Assembly (NCBI GenBank): GCA_017601265.1
Contig: JAFNJA010000005.1
Coordinates: forward strand, 1 to 33,013
Source of the DNA: Candidatus Brockarchaeota archaeon
GTDB lineage: Archaea; Thermoproteota; EX4484-205; DTQO01
DNA length: 33,013 bases
Reading direction: 5' to 3'
The notes under the pieces are model-generated. The model had not been told where the DNA came from, did no database searches, and saw nothing but the letters and a program-made list of their open reading frames with translations. Of the stretch, positions 1 through 8,691 are shown in pieces (within the stretch, counting starts at the first letter, position 1; every line of letters starts with the position of its first letter). The translations under genes and the position numbers were made by a program.

Positions 1-1846
1 GCGTTATCGTCTTGAGCACCCACGCCACTAGGAAGGGCAACCACAGACCGAACAGGCTCGAAGAAGAGGTAATGCCCAGCACGAACCCTATCGGCTCCAG
101 CGGGAACCATATGAACCTCGAGCGGAGGAAACTCAGCGCGGCCGAGATTACGAGGCCTGCGAGCGTATACTCCACCCACGGCTCCGCGGCTGGCGCGCCT
201 GACCACCAATCTGGCATCTGCGAGATCCTCTCGCCAATGCTCTCAAACCAGCTTTTCCACATGCCTATGTTCCTTCCTCCAACTCCGTGCAGGATCGTCA
301 GGAATCCCAAGTGCGACGCCAGTGGAGCTATCATCAGCGCTGCCAACAACGTTATGAACGTGTTCCTCGCGCTCACGCCCGCCAGTTTGGCGAACTTGTA
401 CGAAGCGAACGTCGAGAAGGCGGCCGCACCCCAGGGGTATGAGGGCGTGTCAGAACCTGACTGGACGGCCGTCCTGAAGATCAGGAATTCCTTGGCCGTC
501 GGTGGACGGCTCATTTGCGGGTAGAGCAGCCTGTAGAATATTAAGCCCTTGTCCGCGCTCCTCCAGTAAGCACCTGCGAGACCGTACATCCTCGTCATGG
601 GATACCAGATCGCGAAAGCCGTTACGGGCATCAACACAGCTTCCACGAATGTCAGCGTTGAAGCCATCCAGAAAGCTATGACTGCTACGAGAGTTATCGC
701 CATCATCGCGTAGCATGTCCTGTAGCTTATAGCCTCGTCTTTGTAATCGCCCATGCCCCTTTGCGCCGCTCTGAAAGTCTCGACAACGTACTTCCTGTTG
801 AGTACCAGATGCATTATGCCCATCATCAAAAGGGCTCCGGTAGCTATCGCCATGAACTTCAAAGGCGGATCGGAGTTGGGGGTCGGGGGACACCACATTC
901 TCCCGCACGTTCCCTTCTCGGTTATGCCAGTATAGTACCCGAAGGTGTAGGCTATCTGCACGGCGACCATGTAAACGATGGCGAAGAACCAGGTGCTGAA
1001 TAGGACGTGCAGCGGAGCCAAATAAGCCATGGCCAATACCGGAGGATTGTAATTGGCGCTCATCATCCCGGGTATGGTCGCGAGTATGTCGCCAGAAACG
1101 AAGTAACGGGTGACGTGCGGGCAGGTGTTGATCCTGACGCCGTATATGTCTGGGAACCAAGGAAACAGGCCGGTAAGCACTACCGGAATCTCGAACGCCA
1201 GGCCAACGATTATGCCAAGCAGGAACATCTTGCCCCATCCCCTGTCAAGCGCGTTGTTTCGCGCAAACTCGAAGGCGACCAGAGTCTGCGGGAAAGGCAC
1301 GTTCTCGACGTCTATCCAAAGCCTCCGGAATAGGGTGGCCACCGACAGGAGGAAGAGCCCCATAGTCACGTTTTCCACCCAGAACCACGCTATGGGCAAA
1401 GACCAAGCCGACCAATCTATCGGGCCTCCTGAGACTATCCGTTGGCAGACGTCGGCAGGGGGGCACATGAAGCTGGGTATGATGTCGGCGAGAGGCATCT
1501 CGACGTACCTGCTAGCGTAGAGGTAACGCTGCCCCAGTGCCCATGGAAAGTTGATGAAGTAGGACGCCACCAAGGAACTGACGTACAGGTATGCCATCGT
1601 CTTGATGCCAAACCTATCTCTGATGGATTTGCTTCTGTAAATTGGGGCACACAGCAGCAAGGATAGGAATGGCGCCGTCGACATTCCTATGTTGCAAATC
1701 GATTCTCCAAGTGAGCCCACGATCCAGTACGGGAAGCTCGATATTAGTAACTGCCATATCGGCCCGAAGAAGCCAATAAGAGCAGGCACAAGAATTATGA
1801 GCAATATCGGAGGTCTTTCGACTATCTCTGCTTCAGATCTTGCCAA
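1..1846 (-). CDS. Uncharacterised polytopic integral membrane protein. The 3' end lies beyond the left window edge. The start is uncertain: TTG 1846, TTG 1867, or ATG 1684.
   Basis: Hand translation of the minus strand gives an uninterrupted frame of about 615 codons from the TAA at 1883-1885 down to position 2. It is absent from the ORF track because it has no stop inside the window. The product is rich in hydrophobic helices (ILLIIILVPALIGFFGPIW, MGLFLLSVATLF, FLLGIIVGLAFEIPVVLTGLF, YAMMAITLVAVIAFWM, LFGLWLPFLVAWVL). All listed ORFs overlapping 12-1666 look like off-frame R/G/P-rich translations. A TATA-like box lies at 1881-1890. Confidence 0.75.
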   Translation of the reverse strand, partial: MARSEAEIVERPPILLIILVPALIGFFGPIWQLLISSFPYWIVGSLGESICNIGMSTAPFLSLLLCAPIYRSKSIRDRFGIKTMAYLYVSSLVASYFINFPWALGQRYLYASRYVEMPLADIIPSFMCPPADVCQRIVSGGPIDWSAWSLPIAWFWVENVTMGLFLLSVATLFRRLWIDVENVPFPQTLVAFEFARNNALDRGWGKMFLLGIIVGLAFEIPVVLTGLFPWFPDIYGVRINTCPHVTRYFVSGDILATIPGMMSANYNPPVLAMAYLAPLHVLFSTWFFAIVYMVAVQIAYTFGYYTGITEKGTCGRMWCPPTPNSDPPLKFMAIATGALLMMGIMHLVLNRKYVVETFRAAQRGMGDYKDEAISYRTCYAMMAITLVAVIAFWMASTLTFVEAVLMPVTAFAIWYPMTRMYGLAGAYWRSADKGLIFYRLLYPQMSRPPTAKEFLIFRTAVQSGSDTPSYPWGAAAFSTFASYKFAKLAGVSARNTFITLLAALMIAPLASHLGFLTILHGVGGRNIGMWKSWFESIGERISQMPDWWSGAPAAEPWVEYTLAGLVISAALSFLRSRFIWFPLEPIGFVLGITSSSSLFGLWLPFLVAWVLKTIT

Positions 1847-1880
1847 TCGTTCCCACCGTAAAGACAAATCAATATTTGAT

Positions 1881-1890
1881 ATTTATAAAA
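1881..1890 (-). promoter_or_regulatory. TATA-like box (TTTATAAAT on the minus strand) in an A/T-rich spacer upstream of the membrane-protein gene.
   Basis: Positions 1861-2000 form the most A/T-rich stretch of this part of the window. The box lies about 35 nt upstream of the TTG at 1846. Confidence 0.45.
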
Positions 1891-1992
1891 TTTTTCTATA
1901 TACCTTAATCCCCGGCGCATTTGAGTTACGACTTAGCCCCGAAGAGATGGATAGCGTTTGATATTTTGATACTATCCCGCCCGGATTTCGGA

Positions 1993-2521
1993 TCAAGATG
2001 GGTAGAAAAACATGACCATCCCGACAGCCCCGAGTATGAGGTATACAAGCGTGCACCAGGCCACCGTCCCGCTCGGAGGAGCAAACCGTATTCCTCGTGA
2101 AAGGCGCTACAATCATGAACTCCCTGGTGTATTCAGGAGGGTTCGTCGGCCAAACCAGGAGCCTGTGCACGGCGTTCGCGTGCTCCATCCCCCTCATGTA
2201 CCCTCCGCTAAGGCCGTAGAGCCTGGAGTTGGCATAAAAGTACAGAAAATACGTTACGGGCATCAGGAAGGCAGGCCAGATGCTCACCCCGGCCACCATG
2301 AAGACGATTATCGTCCCAACGAACCCGAAGACGACAAGAAGCCAAGTGGACCTGTACGGCATAGCTTCGTTGCGCTCCACCTCCGAGCCTCCCTTAGCGC
2401 CTTTGAAGGCCGCAGCGAGGGTTTCGCTCAGGTACTTCCTGCTCAGCCAAACGCTGAAAACGGTCGGCTTTTGGATGATAGTCGTATTCGACTTACTTTC
2501 TCGATTATTGGGTCCACGCAA
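1993..2521 (-). pseudogene. Truncated, probably frameshifted paralogue of the adjacent polytopic membrane protein. It matches only the middle part of that protein.
   Basis: ORF 1883..2521 (-) aligns by eye with residues encoded at about 460-810 of the neighbouring gene. LSRKYLSETLAAAFKG pairs with LNRKYVVETFRAAQRG. LMPVTYFLYFYANSRLYGLSGGYMRG pairs with LMPVTAFAIWYPMTRMYGLAGAYWRS. HRLLVWPTNPPEYTREFMIV pairs with YRLLYPQMSRPPTAKEFLIF. After ...FTRNTV the listed frame turns non-protein-like, while a neighbouring frame gives a TM-like tail (TVAWCTLVYLILGAVGMVMFFYPS, stop at 1993-1995). Confidence 0.45.
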
Positions 2522-3344
2522 GCCCCCTTCCGCGCTTTGCTTCTTCGTACGCCCCCGCCAAAGCCCGCAACGAAGGGAATATCAAGTTCGGCCTTTGCCC
2601 CGGCGGGTAACCTTCGCGCCTCGCGCCCTTTGAAACTCCCGTGAGGAGCAGTATGCCGACGCAACCGGCCCTCCTCGCCATCGCCATGTCGGTTTCGGGC
2701 CTGTCCCCCACGACGGCCGTGCGGCGAATCGCGCATTTGGTTGCACGGATCGCTTCCTTGACCAGCGCCGGGCTCGGCTTCCCTATAACCTTGGGCCTCC
2801 TGCCGGTGCAAGTCGCTATGCTAGAGACTATGGCTCCAGCACCCGGGACCTCCCCGTCCTCGGTTGGCAACGTGGCGTCGGTGTTTGTTGCCACGAACTC
2901 GGCCCCCAGCCTGATGAACCTGTTCGCCTCCGCCATCTTCGCGTACGTGAACCCCCTGTCTATTCCAACGACGACGGCGTCGCACCTTTTGGCGCTCCCG
3001 TCGACGATGGCGAGCCCCGCGCAAGTCAACTCCTTCCTCAACCCCTCCTCCCCGACCGCGTAAACCGTCCTCGCCTTTTTGGCCGCTAGGTAGCTGGCCG
3101 CGAGGTGGGCGGTCGTCAGCGTGTCTTCCGGTTCCGCCGGTATGCCGATCTCGTTCAACTCTCGTGAAAGCGACTCCCTGCTCCTCGAAGCGTTGTTCGT
3201 GACGAACAACACCTTGCCTCCGCTTCTCCTGATCGCCTCTACGGCCCGCGCCGCTCCCGGTATCGGCGTCCTGCCCTTGACGACCACCCCGTCCACGTCC
3301 AGCAAAAATAACTCCAAGTTCCTCAGGAGGTCGCGCCCTTTCAT
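2505..3344 (-). CDS. HAD superfamily subfamily IIA phosphatase (NagD / p-nitrophenyl-phosphatase-like).
   Basis: 279-aa ORF with ATG at 3344. HAD motif I is FLLDVDGVV. FVTNNASRS is typical of HAD-IIA. The C-terminal motif is VVGDRPETDMAMARRAG. Confidence 0.85.
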   Translation of the reverse strand: MKGRDLLRNLELFLLDVDGVVVKGRTPIPGAARAVEAIRRSGGKVLFVTNNASRSRESLSRELNEIGIPAEPEDTLTTAHLAASYLAAKKARTVYAVGEEGLRKELTCAGLAIVDGSAKRCDAVVVGIDRGFTYAKMAEANRFIRLGAEFVATNTDATLPTEDGEVPGAGAIVSSIATCTGRRPKVIGKPSPALVKEAIRATKCAIRRTAVVGDRPETDMAMARRAGCVGILLLTGVSKGARREGYPPGQRPNLIFPSLRALAGAYEEAKRGRGLAWTQ

Positions 3345-3366
3345 CGCGCTTCCTCGGCCTCCTTCG

Positions 3367-3381
3367 CTCTATATCGTTATC
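3367..3381 (-). promoter_or_regulatory. A/T box (CTCTATATCGTTATC) about 25-35 nt upstream of the HAD gene ATG. Candidate TATA box giving a short or absent leader.
   Basis: Lies in the divergent 108-nt spacer 3345-3452. Confidence 0.35.
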
Positions 3382-3408
3382 TCGATTCGGTCCGCCATTC
3401 CGCGCGCT

Positions 3409-3423
3409 CTTAAACTTATAAGG
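3409..3423 (+). promoter_or_regulatory. A/T box (CTTAAACTTATAAGG) about 30-40 nt upstream of the isomerase start codon.
   Basis: Lies in the divergent spacer 3345-3452, and the position is appropriate for an archaeal TATA box. Confidence 0.4.
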
Positions 3424-3452
3424 TCCAATATCGTTCAAAGCTGCAGGGTGCT

Positions 3453-4430
3453 TTGGACTTGAAGTATGGAACAGGTCTTTGGGCTTTCGGCGGAGTCGCG
3501 GATAGGTTCGTTCCCGGAGGTTACAAGCCCCAGCTTTCCCTGGAGCGGCAGTTCCGTTTGGCGGCTCAGGTCGAACTCGTCAAGGGGGTCGAGATACACT
3601 ACCCGTCCGACTTCAAGGAGGACCAGGTGGGCGAGGTCCAGCAGCTTTTGGAGAGGTTCGAGTTCGAGGTTCCGACCATCTGCCTCAACTTCTTCTCCGA
3701 TCCGAAATGGCAGAACGGGTCGTTCACTTCCCGCAACCCGGCGCTTAGGAAAGAGGCGGAGAAAACGACCAAGGCCGCGATAGACATCGCGAGGGAGATG
3801 GGCGTGAAGGCTTGCACCGTCTGGCTCGGCCAGGACGGCCACGACTACCTCTTCAACGACTACGGCAAGGCGTGGGATTGGCTCGTAAGCGGGATGGGCG
3901 AGGTCGCCGACTACGCCAAAGGCTTGACGGTGTACATGGAGTACAAGCAGAAGGAGCCCAGGACCCACCTGATAAACGCCAACGTGGGCAAGGCCCTCTG
4001 CATCGTGGACGAGTTGAAGGCCAAGAACCTTGGCGTCGTCATAGACGTCGGCCACGCCTTCATGTCGGACGAGAACATGGCCGAGTCGGTCGCGATCGTC
4101 AGCAGGAGGCGCGTCCCTTTCACGATGCACTTCAACGACGCTTACGGCTACTGGGACGACGACATGATCGCCGGCTCCATAAACTTCTGGAAGTACGTGG
4201 AACTTTTCTACCAGCTGAAGAAGGTCGGTTACGATGGCTGGCACGACCTGGACATCTTCCCGTACAGGGAGGACGCCGTAAGGGCGGTCGACCAGAGCCT
4301 CAGGTTCATCGATTACGTGAAGAAGAGGGTCGAGGAGCACTACAAGGAGATCGACGCCTCCGTAGCGGATGGCGACGTTCACAACACGATAGAGGTCACG
4401 AGAAGGTTGTTCCTCAAAGGGTACGGGTAG
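3453..4430 (+). CDS. Xylose-isomerase-family (class I-like) sugar isomerase, TIM barrel.
   Basis: 325 aa. GLWAFGG resembles the FGLWTVG of actinobacterial xylose isomerase. MEYKQKEPRTH resembles EPKPNEPR. The metal/catalytic region is VIDVGHAFM and HFNDAYGYWDDDM. Confidence 0.75.
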   Translation: MDLKYGTGLWAFGGVADRFVPGGYKPQLSLERQFRLAAQVELVKGVEIHYPSDFKEDQVGEVQQLLERFEFEVPTICLNFFSDPKWQNGSFTSRNPALRKEAEKTTKAAIDIAREMGVKACTVWLGQDGHDYLFNDYGKAWDWLVSGMGEVADYAKGLTVYMEYKQKEPRTHLINANVGKALCIVDELKAKNLGVVIDVGHAFMSDENMAESVAIVSRRRVPFTMHFNDAYGYWDDDMIAGSINFWKYVELFYQLKKVGYDGWHDLDIFPYREDAVRAVDQSLRFIDYVKKRVEEHYKEIDASVADGDVHNTIEVTRRLFLKGYG

Positions 4431-4436
4431 TTTTTC

Positions 4437-5342
4437 ATGGCGGCAATCAAGGTCGGCATCAACAACTGCTTCGCCGTGAAAAGGTGGCCCGAACCGGAAG
4501 AGTGGGCGAGGATCGTCGGAAAGGATTTGGGGCTCGAAATCGTCCAGTTCTCGTACGACCTCCTCGACCCGGCTACGCGAGAGCCGACGCTTTCCCTCCT
4601 ATCGGGCGAGACCCTCGAGGCCTGCAGGGCCAACGGGTTGAAGATCGACACCACCTTCACGGGCCTCATAGGCTACAGCATGAACCTCCTGGCGCACCCC
4701 GACCTCGGGATGCGCCTCGAAGCCTTGAGGTGGTACGAGCAAGCGGTCCTCGCGGCATCCAAGCTGAAGGCCAGGGGCACCGGGGGGCACGTCGCGTCCA
4801 TGAGCGTCAAGGACTTCGGGGACGGGAGGAGAAGGAGCTACTTGGAGTCTTTCCTGATCGAAAGCCTCCAGTACCTCGCTTCGATCGCCCGAGCGCAGGG
4901 GCAGGAGTTCCTCCTTTGGGAACCGATGCCCCTCTCGAGGGAGCAACCTTGCACGATGGATAGGGCGAAGGAGCTCCTCGCGGAAGCCAACGAGCGCTCG
5001 AAGCTCCCCATAAAGCTCTGCATCGACGTCGGCCACCAATGCGCCTGGGACGCGAAAGGAAAGGACCTCGACCCCTACGCCTGGCTAAGGGAGCTGGCAC
5101 CGGAATCCCCGGTCGTCCACGTCCAGCAGACGGACGGCAAGGGCGACAGGCACTGGCCTTTCACCGAGGAATTCAACCGCAAGGGCATCATAGAAGCAGG
5201 CAAACTGCTGGAAGCCATCGATTCTTCGGGGGCGAAGGAAGTGACGCTCGTGATGGAGGTCATACACGCTTCGGAGGAGAGGGAGGGCAAGGTCCTGGAG
5301 GACCTCAAGGAAAGCTCGAAGTACTGGATGGAGCGCGCCTGA
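4437..5342 (+). CDS. Xylose isomerase-like TIM-barrel protein (sugar phosphate isomerase/epimerase family).
   Basis: 301 aa, starting 6 nt after the previous gene. Motifs CIDVGHQCAW and VHVQQTDGKGDRHWPF are typical of the AP-endonuclease-2/XI-like TIM barrel family. Confidence 0.7.
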   Translation: MAAIKVGINNCFAVKRWPEPEEWARIVGKDLGLEIVQFSYDLLDPATREPTLSLLSGETLEACRANGLKIDTTFTGLIGYSMNLLAHPDLGMRLEALRWYEQAVLAASKLKARGTGGHVASMSVKDFGDGRRRSYLESFLIESLQYLASIARAQGQEFLLWEPMPLSREQPCTMDRAKELLAEANERSKLPIKLCIDVGHQCAWDAKGKDLDPYAWLRELAPESPVVHVQQTDGKGDRHWPFTEEFNRKGIIEAGKLLEAIDSSGAKEVTLVMEVIHASEEREGKVLEDLKESSKYWMERA

Positions 5343-5367
5343 CGGCAAAGGCCCGCGTGAAAAGCGT

Positions 5368-6042
5368 TTGGAAAAGCCCGTCGAATTGGGGAAGCTGCTG
5401 GCGGACCTTGCCAAGTTCTCTAGGCTGGTTTACGAGATGAGGCTGACCGCCGGCCCTGGCGGGAACACCAGCGCGAGGCTCCCGGGAAGCAGGGTGATGC
5501 ACCTGAAGCCGAGCGGCCTTTCGTTCGCGGAACTCGGGCCGGAGGATTTCGTAGCCGTCGACATCTACACGATGAAAAAGGTGGGGGGAAGGCTGAAGCC
5601 CTCCTCAGAACTGGCCCTCCACGCGGCCTGCTACAGGAACAGGGAGGACGTGAACGCGGTTTTCCACGCCCACCCGGCAGCGAGCATCGCGCTCGGCGCG
5701 TCCGGCCAAAACCTCGACCGCCCAATGTATCCCGACCACGTCGTCTACCTGGGAAAGGTTTCATTCGTGCCCTACGTGGCGCCGACGACTCGCGAGCTGG
5801 CGGAGAAGGTCGGGAGGTGCGCGAAGAGGAGCAACTGCGTCTTGCTGCAGAACCACGGGACCGTGGCGCTCGGGTCGAGCGTCAAGGAAGCTTTCTACAG
5901 GACGGAGCTCATGGAGGAGAGCGCCAAGATCGCCCTCTGGAGCAAAATTCCGGGCAAGGCCAGGGCGCTTTCGGACGAGGACGTGAAGAGGATCGAGGGC
6001 TTGAGGAGCGAGGCTTACAGGAAAAAGGTGCTGAGAAAATAG
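5368..6042 (+). CDS. Class II aldolase/adducin family protein (L-fuculose-1-phosphate aldolase / ribulose-5-P 4-epimerase-like).
   Basis: 224 aa. Motifs present: GGNTSARLPG, KPSGLSF, SSELALHAACY, AVFHAHP, LLQNHGTVALG. Confidence 0.85.
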   Translation: MEKPVELGKLLADLAKFSRLVYEMRLTAGPGGNTSARLPGSRVMHLKPSGLSFAELGPEDFVAVDIYTMKKVGGRLKPSSELALHAACYRNREDVNAVFHAHPAASIALGASGQNLDRPMYPDHVVYLGKVSFVPYVAPTTRELAEKVGRCAKRSNCVLLQNHGTVALGSSVKEAFYRTELMEESAKIALWSKIPGKARALSDEDVKRIEGLRSEAYRKKVLRK

Positions 6043-6102
6043 CTTCCGCCCGTCCTTCGCACTGCCCCAAGGCTTAAACGATCGAAGAGGCGCGTTGCCC
6101 GC

Positions 6103-7128
6103 ATGGCAACCGTGAAATTCGTCCAGTACGGGCTCGGCCCGATCGGTTGCGGGATCGCGCGCCACGTAATTAGCTTGCCTGGGTACAAGATCGTAGGCGC
6201 CTTGGACATCGATCCCCAAAAGGTCGGGCGGGACGTTGGCGAGGTTTTGGGACTCGGGAGGAAGCTGAACCTGCCCGTTTCCAGCGACCCGTCCGTCATA
6301 AAACGTTCCAAGGCCCAGCTCGTCCTGCACGCGACGGGCTCCAGGCTCGTTTCAGTTCGCCGGCAGCTTTTCGCCGCCATAAATGCCGGCTGCAGCGTGG
6401 TCTCGACCTGCGAAGAACTCGTCTACCCGTCCGCCAGGAATCCGAGACTCGCCCGGGAGATAGACCGCCTGGCAAGGAGGAAAGGGGTAGCGGTCTTGGG
6501 AGTCGGCGTGAACCCGGGATTCGTCATGGACGCCCTCCCGCTCTTCTTGACATCGGTCTGCAAGCAGGTCAGGAAGATCGAGGCCAAGCGGATCGTCGAC
6601 GCATCCAAAAGGAGGCTCCCGTTGCAGAGGAAGGTGGGGGCGGGCCTCTCGGTCGAGGAGTTTTACAGCAAGGTCAGGGCCAAGGAGCTCGGGCACGTGG
6701 GTTTGCTCGAATCGGCCAGGATGGTCGCGGACGGCCTGGGCTGGAAGCTCGAAAACTTGTCTGAGACCATCGAGCCGGTAGTCGCGGAGGAGAAGGTCGA
6801 GACCCAGTTCCTGGCGGTCGAAAAAGGGATGGTGGCGGGCATCAAGCAGGTCGCCAAGGGGACTAAGGCTGGGGAGGAGGTGCTGACGCTGGAGCTTCAG
6901 ATGTACGTCGGCGCCAAAGACCCCCACGATTCAGTTCTGATAGACGGAGAGCCTCCCGTCGACGCGGTGATCAGGGGTGGGATTCACGGGGATTCCGCGA
7001 CCGTCGCCATAGTGGCGAACTCGATTCCGCGCGTCCTGGCTTCGAAGCCAGGACTCGTGACCGTGCGCGATCTTCCGATCGTTGCGTTCGCCGGGAACCT
7101 GCAAGGGAGATGCCGTGCCAATAAATAG
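6103..7128 (+). CDS. NAD(P)-dependent oxidoreductase of the DapB-like / 2,4-diaminopentanoate (amine) dehydrogenase family.
   Basis: 341 aa. The N-terminal Rossmann motif is VQYGLGPIGCGIARH. VLGVGVNPGFVMD and KELGHVGLLES resemble the DapB-like amine dehydrogenase family. Confidence 0.6.
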   Translation: MATVKFVQYGLGPIGCGIARHVISLPGYKIVGALDIDPQKVGRDVGEVLGLGRKLNLPVSSDPSVIKRSKAQLVLHATGSRLVSVRRQLFAAINAGCSVVSTCEELVYPSARNPRLAREIDRLARRKGVAVLGVGVNPGFVMDALPLFLTSVCKQVRKIEAKRIVDASKRRLPLQRKVGAGLSVEEFYSKVRAKELGHVGLLESARMVADGLGWKLENLSETIEPVVAEEKVETQFLAVEKGMVAGIKQVAKGTKAGEEVLTLELQMYVGAKDPHDSVLIDGEPPVDAVIRGGIHGDSATVAIVANSIPRVLASKPGLVTVRDLPIVAFAGNLQGRCRANK

Positions 7129-7251
7129 CCTCTTCCGTTAAAAGAGCGCGCAATTCCAGGGGCCGGGCCGAGCGTCATACTCGCCGTTGAAGCCGGGCGT
7201 GTCTGAGGGGTTCTTCCGCGGCTAGCTTTTCGTGGCCGTCCGGCGGCCGCC

Positions 7252-8463
7252 TTAGTTGAACTCGAAATCCTTGTCGAGAGGGAATATTGGGCGCATGACG
7301 CGCTCGTAGGGCAGCCTCCCGATATCGAGCGAAGTGAATCCCGGGCTCAGGGCCATGATCGACCTCCTCGCGATGTCGCGGATTTCTGGGAAGAGGTATC
7401 CGAGCTTCACAACGATAATCTTCCTGTCGAGAGGATTTATTCCAACTTCTTGGAAACCTTTCGCGCTCGCGAATTGCCAACGGCTTGAGAGCAATACAAC
7501 CTCCACTCCATCAACCTCTATGACGGCGATCCTTGGATCGGAGTGCTTAACTACTCCAGTCACGTCAATGGGGTATCCGTTCACCCTGTCAAGCTTGCCT
7601 CCGATCCGCAAGCGCACCCTCGATCCTTTCCTGGCTTTTGCGCAGGTCGATACGGCTTCAGGATCGATTATGCCGGCAACGACGGATTCGGTCGCGCCCA
7701 AGCTGAGCAACCTTTCGAGCACTATCGGCACGTCCCCCGCTCCCCCCGCCGTGACGTTATCTCCCGAATCCGATATGAAGACCGGCCGCTCCTTGGCCTT
7801 CATTGCCTTTTCGATAGCCTCGTCGACCTTGAGGGTTTCGACCTCGGGAGCGAACTCCGAACGCCTTTTCCAGATCTCGCGCGCCAAGCCCTCCGCGAGC
7901 TCTCGCGCGCGCGAACCGTGCTCTTCGCCCTCTCCGCATACGATCACGCTGACGGAGGTTCTGCTCGTGTCGGCCCAAGCGCATCCTATCATGATCGATG
8001 CGTCAATGATCCCTTTTTCCTTCTCCAAATCAGCCAGCCTTCCGTAAAGCGATCTGGCCGGCTCGACGTCCGTCACCGCGAACTCGCCCGGCAAGATGAG
8101 GGGCAGCTTCACCAAGGTGTTCGAAGGCCTGATCCCTTCCTCGACGCATTTCACGAGATGCCCAACAGCCCTCTCCGTCGTCCGTTCCCCGTCCCTGTGG
8201 GGTGCCGTGCGAAGCGCCGTCAGCACGTTGACGTTCCTCGCGAGCTCATGCGACACGTTTCCGTGCAGGTCCAAGGTGGCAACGATCGGGACCTCGCCGC
8301 CAACAACTTCCCTGACCGCTTTGGTCAGATCGCCCTCCCCGTCACCGATGCCTTCGACCTCCATCGCGCCATGCAAATTTAGCAGCACGCCATCGACCGG
8401 CAGGGATGAACTGAGCCTATCGAGAAACTCGTCCCTGAGCGCCAGGTAGGCGCCCCTTTCCAC
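7252..8463 (-). CDS. M81 family metallopeptidase (MlrC-like). Coordinates give the minimal ORF from GTG 8463. The conserved N-terminal region continues in frame up to about 8640 without a canonical start.
   Basis: 403-aa listed ORF with MlrC-like features: LLNLHGAM, VATLDLHGNVS, ISDSGDNVTAGGAGD. In-frame upstream codons encode ARCAIGGICHETNTFS, the typical MlrC N-terminus. Confidence 0.75.
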   Translation of the reverse strand: MERGAYLALRDEFLDRLSSSLPVDGVLLNLHGAMEVEGIGDGEGDLTKAVREVVGGEVPIVATLDLHGNVSHELARNVNVLTALRTAPHRDGERTTERAVGHLVKCVEEGIRPSNTLVKLPLILPGEFAVTDVEPARSLYGRLADLEKEKGIIDASIMIGCAWADTSRTSVSVIVCGEGEEHGSRARELAEGLAREIWKRRSEFAPEVETLKVDEAIEKAMKAKERPVFISDSGDNVTAGGAGDVPIVLERLLSLGATESVVAGIIDPEAVSTCAKARKGSRVRLRIGGKLDRVNGYPIDVTGVVKHSDPRIAVIEVDGVEVVLLSSRWQFASAKGFQEVGINPLDRKIIVVKLGYLFPEIRDIARRSIMALSPGFTSLDIGRLPYERVMRPIFPLDKDFEFN

Positions 8464-8691
8464 GAGGCCGTGCGGGAATGCCTCGGCGAGGAGCGTGGGG
8501 GCCCAGTCGACGCGCCCAAACGAACTCCAGAATTTGCCTAATATTTGATCTCCGCGCAGAACGCTAAAGTCGCCAATCCCCGTGCGAAGCGTCGAGAACG
8601 TGTTGGTCTCGTGGCATATGCCTCCGATCGCGCACCTCGCCCTCCCCCCAGCGCGCCTCGTCCTCCTTTCCTCCCCAGCCCTCTTTAACGC

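Noticed and set aside
3435-4382. 315-aa ORF on the minus strand, antisense to the xylose-isomerase-like gene.
   Set aside because: It is fully nested opposite a gene with clear family motifs. Its translation is V/L/D/P/R-rich with no recognisable domain. Long antisense ORFs are expected in high-GC coding DNA.
3812-4963. Long R/G-rich alternative-frame ORFs. Examples are 3812..4963 (+), 12357..13112 (+), 14327..15379 (+) and 28024..29022 (+).
   Set aside because: Their extreme Arg/Gly/Pro content is typical of +1/+2 frames of AGG/GAG-rich genes. Each overlaps a same-strand gene with strong homology-type motifs.
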